This document shows positions 7,662-12,392 of a stretch of 12,392 nt of DNA, one piece after another. Positions within the stretch are counted from its first letter, which is position 1; every line of letters starts with the position of its first letter. The translations under genes and the position numbers were made by a program. The stretch lies in the IMG/VR virus record IMGVR_UViG_2579778982_000015. One strand, 5' to 3'. The DNA comes from a virus (taxonomy: Duplodnaviria; Heunggongvirae; Uroviricota; Caudoviricetes). Under the pieces are notes generated by a model that saw nothing but the letters and a program-made list of their open reading frames with translations, did not search any database and was not told the origin of the DNA.

Positions 7662-8115
7662 TTCCCTGCGTGAAGCCATGACCCGTTCATGCCGATGGTG
7701 TCAGGCTAACCCGGAAAAATTCACCATTTTCGTGGAGAGCGGCAACATTGAAACGACCGGAGAAACGCCCTCGTTTGTTTACCACTATCAGATGGTGATG
7801 TTTGTCATGGATTACGCCGGGGAGCTGGACGACCTCACGCTGCCGCTGCTGGCGTGGTTATCCGAAAATCAGCCACAGTTGTTGCTCAATCCGGAGCGTA
7901 ATCAGGACATCAAATTTTCCGCCGTTATCAATGACGATGACAGCGCCGATCTCCTGTTTACGCTCCCCCTGCGGGAACGCGTTCGCATCACGCGCAACAG
8001 TCAGGGCACACCGCAGGCAGAACACCTGCCGGAGCCAAAACCCCGCCTGCCATCTTCCGAAGGCGACTGGTCGCATGTATTCCAGGATGTGACGCGGGGT
8101 GAAAGCGATGGATAA
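7648..8115 (+). CDS. R: Tail completion protein R (P2 gpR-like)
   Basis: 155 aa, identical in length to P2 gpR; N-terminus MLKTDSLREAM ... FTIFVESGNI and LPLLAWLSENQP resemble gpR; SD GAGGA upstream. Confidence 0.85.
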   Translation: MLKTDSLREAMTRSCRWCQANPEKFTIFVESGNIETTGETPSFVYHYQMVMFVMDYAGELDDLTLPLLAWLSENQPQLLLNPERNQDIKFSAVINDDDSADLLFTLPLRERVRITRNSQGTPQAEHLPEPKPRLPSSEGDWSHVFQDVTRGESDG

Positions 8116-8743
8116 GGCATTCACCCGCGTGGATGAAACCTTTGAGGCCATCCGCGACAGCCTGAATCAGCAGGCCATCAATAACATCGCCAGAAAGCTG
8201 GCACAGGATTTACGCCGCGCCCAGCAGGCGCGCATCCGGTCACAGAAAGCGCCGGACGGGACCGCATGGACACCACGCAGACGCCGCGTAACCCGGATAC
8301 AGGAGCGCATTCGCTTTATCTGGAATAACGAAGCACGCACGCTGAAAAACTGGCATCACGACACGGGGAAATACGGGCGAACCATCACCGGGTGGGATGA
8401 GGATAAAAACAACATCCGCACGTTTTACCGGGATGACATCGACCGCTTTCTGGAAATACGCACCCGGCGCATCAACCAGGACAGCACAAAGCGCGTCCCC
8501 ATGTTCGTAAAACTGCGCACCGCCCGCCACCTGAAAGCCCGTGCAGATGCTTCCGGTGTGACGGTGGGTTACAGCGGCGTAGCCGCACGTATTGCACGCG
8601 TTCATCAGTACGGTGAGCGCGATCAGGTTGCGCCGGGCATTTTCACCGATTACCCGGTACGTGAGCTGCTGGGTATCAGCCAGGCAGATGAGCGCCTGAT
8701 TTATAACACGGTGCTGGGCCGGATTGCGGAGGCTGTACGGTGA
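8108..8743 (+). CDS. S: Tail completion / virion morphogenesis protein S-like (P2 gpS / Mu G family), apparently extended
   Basis: ATG 8108 overlaps the R stop; the track's GTG 8099 is an alternative start. C-terminal region ARIARVHQYGERDQVAPG ... RELLGISQADERL resembles the gpS family. At 211 aa it is longer than my recollection of P2 gpS (about 150 aa). Confidence 0.7.
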   Translation: MDKAFTRVDETFEAIRDSLNQQAINNIARKLAQDLRRAQQARIRSQKAPDGTAWTPRRRRVTRIQERIRFIWNNEARTLKNWHHDTGKYGRTITGWDEDKNNIRTFYRDDIDRFLEIRTRRINQDSTKRVPMFVKLRTARHLKARADASGVTVGYSGVAARIARVHQYGERDQVAPGIFTDYPVRELLGISQADERLIYNTVLGRIAEAVR

Positions 8744-9186
8744 GCGCAGAACTCATGCGACTGCTGAGCAACATCATCCGCACCGGGATCATCTCTGAAG
8801 TTGATGAGAAGTCCTGGCGCGTGCGCGTTCGCAGCGGCGAACTGGAAACAGGCTGGTTACGCTGGAACACCACGCGCGCAGGAACCTTCAACGTGTGGCT
8901 GCCGCCATCACCCGGCGAACAGGTGGTAATTGCCTGCATTGGCGGCAACCCGGAAACCGCCATGATAATTGGCAGCCTGTGGAGTGATGCCAATCCGGCA
9001 CCCGGCAAAAGCCTGAAAGAAATCGTGATCAGCGCGCCGGACGGCGCGGTGTTCCGCTACGACGCGGACGCAGGCGCACTGAGCGCCAGCGGCATGAAAA
9101 CAGCCACCCTACAGGCATCCGTCAGCGTGAAACTGGATACGCCCGTCGTGGAATGCACAAACCTTCTGAAAACAGCCGACGATTGA
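8740..9186 (+). CDS. V: Baseplate assembly/spike protein V, N-terminal part (P2 gpV-like), truncated by frameshift
   Basis: GTG start overlaps the S stop (GTGA). Product contains MRLLSNIIRTGIISEVD ... GEQVVIACIGGNPETAMIIGSLWSDANPAP ... LDTPVVECTN, typical of gpV. Ends prematurely at TGA 9184..9186; the rest of gpV continues in the +1 frame. Confidence 0.8.
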   Translation: MSAELMRLLSNIIRTGIISEVDEKSWRVRVRSGELETGWLRWNTTRAGTFNVWLPPSPGEQVVIACIGGNPETAMIIGSLWSDANPAPGKSLKEIVISAPDGAVFRYDADAGALSASGMKTATLQASVSVKLDTPVVECTNLLKTADD

Positions 9187-9205
9187 CGTCACAAAAGGGG
9201 GAAAG

Positions 9206-9322
9206 ATGAGCGGCAATATCACGCACAGCGGCGGCGATTTCACCTCAAACGGCATCACAGTGCATACGCATAAACACGGTGGCGTGAAAGGCGGCAGCGA
9301 TTCGACAGGAGGCCCGCAGTGA
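9206..9322 (+). pseudogene. V: C-terminal tip segment of baseplate spike V in +1 frame (38-aa ORF MSGNITHSGGDFTSNGITVHTHKHGGVKGGSDSTGGPQ)
   Basis: Matches the conserved C-terminal apex of P2 gpV (recalled as ... KGGTMRGNIEHTGG ... HTHKH ...). Preceded by AAAGGGGGAAAG, which is also coding sequence in this frame (VTKGGK). Stop overlaps the GTG start of W. Separated from the main V ORF by an apparent single-nucleotide insertion near 9184. Confidence 0.6.
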
Positions 9323-9669
9323 CAACCCGCTACACAGGAATGAACCCGGACGGAACGGGAAACCTGAACGATATGGAGCACCTGAAACAGTCAGTCAGGG
9401 ACATCCTGACCACCCCGCTGGCAAGCCGGGTTATGCGACGGGAATATGGCAGCCTTGTGCCTGATTTGATTGACGAACCCATGAATAACACCACGCGTCT
9501 GCAATGCATGAGTGCTGCCGTGATTGCGCTGACACGATGGGAACCCCGCATTGCCCTGGACGCCATCGACGTTGTCTGGAAAGCAGGAGGCCGCGCAGGG
9601 GTGACGCTGTCGGGCACTGTCATGCAGACCATGCAGAATGTTGAATTAACCATCACGCTGAGAGAGTAA
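9319..9669 (+). CDS. W: Baseplate wedge protein W (P2 gpW / T4 gp25-like)
   Basis: 116 aa from GTG 9319; N-terminus MTTRYTGMNPDG mirrors P2 gpW MTARYLGMN; also SRVMRREYGSL and KWEPR-like motifs. P2 gpW is 115 aa. Confidence 0.88.
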   Translation: MTTRYTGMNPDGTGNLNDMEHLKQSVRDILTTPLASRVMRREYGSLVPDLIDEPMNNTTRLQCMSAAVIALTRWEPRIALDAIDVVWKAGGRAGVTLSGTVMQTMQNVELTITLRE

Positions 9670-9672
9670 ATC

Positions 9673-10569
9673 ATGCCTGCTGTTGACCTTTCCCAGTTAC
9701 CGGAACCCGCCATCATCGCGAAGCCTGATTTTGAGGCAATTCTGGCTGACACAAAGGCCATGATGATTGCGGCCTATCCCGCCGAACAGCGTGAAGCCGT
9801 CTCCGCCGCGCTGGAGCTGGAATCGGAACCCCTGAACGTTATCGCCCAAACAACAGCGTTTCGTGAAATGCTGTTACGCCAGCGGGTCAACGAGGGCGCA
9901 CGCGCCTGCATGTTAAGCCACAGCGCAGGGACAAACCTGGACAACCTCGCGGGCAATATGAACACAAAGCGCCTGACCATCACTCCGGCAACGGATACCA
10001 CCGACGCGGTGATGGAGAGCGACACCTCGCTGAGACTGCGGGCGCAACGGGCGTACGACGGCCTGAGTGTTGCTGGCCCGTCAGGCGCATACGAGTATTT
10101 TGCACGCAGCGCCAGCGGTCTGGTACGCGACGCACGAGCCATCAGCCCGTCTCCGGCAAACGTGACGGTTTCCATCCTGTCCACTGAAGGCGACGGCACA
10201 GCAACGGAGGCGTTGCTTAATACCGTTCGCGCCGTTCTGAATGCAGAGGATACCCGCCCGGTGGCCGACCGCCTGACCGTACAGAGCGCCAGAATCGTGA
10301 CATGGCGGCTGAATGCAAAACTGTACTTTTACCCCGGCCCGGAATCCGAACCTATTCTGGTCGCGGCTGAATCGTCGTTCAGGAAGTGGCTGGCTGAGCA
10401 GGGGCTTATCGGTCAGGACGTGGCGTTGTCCGCCATTGCTGCCGCACTGCATGTGCACGGTGTGCAACGCGTGGAGATAATCGAACCCACACAGAATATG
10501 GCCATCAGCGACATACAGGCAGCGCGCTGTGAGTCATTCACCATCAGCGAAGGTGGGCGCAATGAGTAA
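9673..10569 (+). CDS. J: Baseplate protein J (P2 gpJ-like)
   Basis: 298 aa (P2 gpJ is 302 aa); follows W as in P2; SD GAGAG upstream. Confidence 0.88.
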   Translation: MPAVDLSQLPEPAIIAKPDFEAILADTKAMMIAAYPAEQREAVSAALELESEPLNVIAQTTAFREMLLRQRVNEGARACMLSHSAGTNLDNLAGNMNTKRLTITPATDTTDAVMESDTSLRLRAQRAYDGLSVAGPSGAYEYFARSASGLVRDARAISPSPANVTVSILSTEGDGTATEALLNTVRAVLNAEDTRPVADRLTVQSARIVTWRLNAKLYFYPGPESEPILVAAESSFRKWLAEQGLIGQDVALSAIAAALHVHGVQRVEIIEPTQNMAISDIQAARCESFTISEGGRNE

Positions 10570-11092
10570 TTCACTGTTACCGCCATCAGCCAGCAATTTC
10601 ATGCGTTGTGCCGAAGCCGTCGGAACACGCATTACAGACATTCCGGTAGACCTCAACACGCTGTGGTCGCCGGACACCTGCCCGGTGCATCTGCTGCCTT
10701 ATCTCGCCTGGGCATTTTCCGTTGACCGCTGGGATCGCAACTGGCCGGAAGAGACAAAGCGACAGGTTATTCGTGATGCATGGCTGATACACCGACACAA
10801 AGGGACCATCAGCGCACTGCGCCGGGCCATTGAGCCGCTGGGATACCTCATTCGTGTGTCTGAGTGGTGGGAGTTCGGCGGAGAACCGGGAACATTTACC
10901 GTTGAAGTCGGCACGCTGGACAGTGGCGTGACGGAGGAAATGTATCTGGAAATGGAGCGATTGATTGCTGATGCCCGCCCGGTCAGCCGCCACATGACAG
11001 GGCTGAATATCATTCAGGAAATTCCGGGGGATATTTTCGCAGCGGCGGCAACTTATGACGGTGAAGTAATTACCATTTATCCAGGCGATTAA
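10562..11092 (+). CDS. I: Baseplate / tail fibre-associated protein I (P2 gpI-like)
   Basis: ATG 10562 overlaps the J stop. 176 aa, same length as P2 gpI, with LWSPDTCPVHLLPYLAWAFSVDRWD and MERLIADARPVSRH motifs that resemble gpI. The track's frame from 10529 overlaps J and is less likely. Confidence 0.88.
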   Translation: MSNSLLPPSASNFMRCAEAVGTRITDIPVDLNTLWSPDTCPVHLLPYLAWAFSVDRWDRNWPEETKRQVIRDAWLIHRHKGTISALRRAIEPLGYLIRVSEWWEFGGEPGTFTVEVGTLDSGVTEEMYLEMERLIADARPVSRHMTGLNIIQEIPGDIFAAAATYDGEVITIYPGD

Positions 11093-11094
11093 GT

Positions 11095-12392
11095 ATGAGT
11101 ACCACAACACGAAAATTTAAAACCGTTATCACCAATACGGGTGCAAAAAAATTAGCGCAGGCAGCCACACCAGATGGTAAACCTGTCCGCCTGACTCATA
11201 TGGCCGTGGGTGACGGCGGCGGCACTTTACCCTCGCCAGACAGTAAGCAGACCCGTCTGGTGCATGAGGTGTGGCGACACACTGTTAATCGCGTCTTCCT
11301 GGACGCAACACATCAGAACCGCATTATTGCGGAGCTGGTTGTTCCTCCAGAAACGGGCGGATTCTGGATCCGGGAAATTGGTGTGTTTGATGAGCACGGC
11401 GATTTAATCGCAGTAGGCAATACTGCCGAAAGTTACAAGCCAACCGTTGCCGAAGGGTCAGGACGTGCACAAACATTTCGCACCATTCTGACCGTATCCA
11501 GCACTGCCACTATGGCGCTTACCGTGGATAACACCATGGTAATGGCCACAGTGGATTACGTGGATGACAAACTGAAAGAGCATGAACAGTCACGACGTCA
11601 CCCGGACGCCTCGCTGACCGCAAAAGGCTTTGTTCAACTTAGCAGCGCCACTAACAGCACATCTGAAACGCTGGCTGCGACACCTAAGGCTGTTAAGGCA
11701 GCATATGACCTGGCTAATGGCAAATACACCGCACAGGACGCAACCACTGCGCGGAAAGGGATAGTTCAGCTCAGTAGCGCCACCAACAGCACGTCTGAAA
11801 CGCTTGCGGCAACGCCAAAGTCTGTTAAGGCGGCATATGACCTGGCTAATGGCAAATACACCGCACAGGACGCTACCACTGCACGAAAAGGGATAGTTCA
11901 GCTCAGTAGCGCCACTAACAGCACATCTGAAACGCTGGCTGCGACGCCAAAAGCTGTTAAGGCGGTAATGGATGAAACGAACAAGAAAGCGCCCTTAAAC
12001 AGTCCTGCGCTGACCGGAACGCCAACAACGCCAACTGCGCCAAAAGGGACTAATAATACTCAGATCGCAAGCACGGCTTATGTGATGGCCGCGATTGCCG
12101 CACTTGTAGACTCGTCGCCTGACGCACTGAATACGTTGAACGAGTTAGCGGCGGCGCTGGGAAACGACCCGAATTTTGCGACCACCATGACTAAAGCGCT
12201 TGCGGGTAAGCAACCGAAAGATGCCACTCTGACGGCGCTGGCCGGGCTTGCTACTGCGGCAGACAAGTTTCCGTATTTTACGGGGAATGATGTCGCCAGC
12301 CTGGCAACCCTGACAAAAGTCGGGCGGGATATTCTTGCGAAATCGACCGTTGCCGCTGTTATCGAATACCTCGGTTTACAGGAAACGGTAAA
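11095..12392 (+). CDS. H: Tail fibre protein (P2 gpH-like conserved N-terminal domain plus repeat region), 3'-partial
   Basis: ATG 11095, 2 nt after the I stop. Open to the window end (432 codons). N-terminus MSTTTRKFKTVITNTGAKKLAQAA ... MAVGDGGG ... HEVWRH ... SYKP ... EGSGR ... DYVDDKLKEHEQSRRHPDASLTAKGF is the conserved gpH-type domain; followed by phage tail-fibre repeats. Confidence 0.88.
   Translation, partial: MSTTTRKFKTVITNTGAKKLAQAATPDGKPVRLTHMAVGDGGGTLPSPDSKQTRLVHEVWRHTVNRVFLDATHQNRIIAELVVPPETGGFWIREIGVFDEHGDLIAVGNTAESYKPTVAEGSGRAQTFRTILTVSSTATMALTVDNTMVMATVDYVDDKLKEHEQSRRHPDASLTAKGFVQLSSATNSTSETLAATPKAVKAAYDLANGKYTAQDATTARKGIVQLSSATNSTSETLAATPKSVKAAYDLANGKYTAQDATTARKGIVQLSSATNSTSETLAATPKAVKAVMDETNKKAPLNSPALTGTPTTPTAPKGTNNTQIASTAYVMAAIAALVDSSPDALNTLNELAAALGNDPNFATTMTKALAGKQPKDATLTALAGLATAADKFPYFTGNDVASLATLTKVGRDILAKSTVAAVIEYLGLQETV
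11623..11965 (+). repeat. About 2.6 tandem copies of a 132-bp (44-aa) tail-fibre repeat within gene H
   Basis: Copies begin at 11623, 11755 and 11887; unit K-G-[FI]-VQLSSATNSTSETLAATPK[AS]VKAAYDLANGKYTAQDATTAR; copies are about 90 to 100 percent identical at nucleotide level and in frame. Confidence 0.9.

Noticed and set aside
9184-9206. Programmed +1 ribosomal frameshift in gene V
   Set aside because: There is no recognisable slippery or shifty motif with a rare codon at the junction (gac gat tga cgt), and the simplest explanation is a 1-nt insertion. It is kept as a finding because I cannot exclude it from sequence alone.
9330-10467. Minus-strand ORFs (9330..9761, 9774..10199, 10081..10467) opposite W and J
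   Set aside because: Shadow ORFs antisense to conserved baseplate genes; no independent coding evidence.
11623-11965. Possible CRISPR-like or non-coding tandem array
   Set aside because: The repeats are 132 bp, directly adjacent without spacers, in frame, and encode the tail-fibre repeat motif; this is a protein repeat, not a CRISPR array.
1-12392. Defence, anti-defence or other accessory cargo (toxin-antitoxin, restriction-modification, Abi, retron, moron genes)
   Set aside because: Every ORF with a credible start is accounted for by a syntenic P2-type structural or lysis function, and no intergenic gap exceeds 154 bp. I found nothing in this window that I can defend as a novel system.

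Overview
This window is a contiguous late-gene (virion morphogenesis and lysis) block of a P2-like (Peduovirus-type) prophage in an enterobacterial background. I see no RNA genes, CRISPR array, integrase, attachment site or non-structural cargo, so I cannot support a claim of a novel system here. All calls rest on reading the translations against recalled P2-family proteins; no database search was run. Gene order is the canonical P2 one: portal (Q, partial) and large terminase (P) on the minus strand, then a 154-bp divergent promoter region, then on the plus strand scaffold (O), major capsid (N), small terminase (M), head completion (L), tail protein X, holin, endolysin, Rz/Rz1-like spanins, tail completion R and S, baseplate V, W, J, I, and the start of tail fibre H (runs off the 3' edge). 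Genes are tightly packed, mostly with overlapping stop/start codons; the only gaps are 154, 23, 45 and 103 bp. The points worth a second look are: (1) baseplate spike gene V is split by an apparent 1-nt insertion into a 148-aa part and a 38-aa His-rich tip ORF; (2) the endolysin is a peptidase-M15-type enzyme rather than the P2 gpK lysozyme, with no lysA-like gene; (3) a mosaic 132-bp tandem repeat in tail fibre gene H; (4) structured intergenic elements after the capsid gene and between M and L; (5) an S-like protein that looks about 60 aa longer than the P2 prototype.
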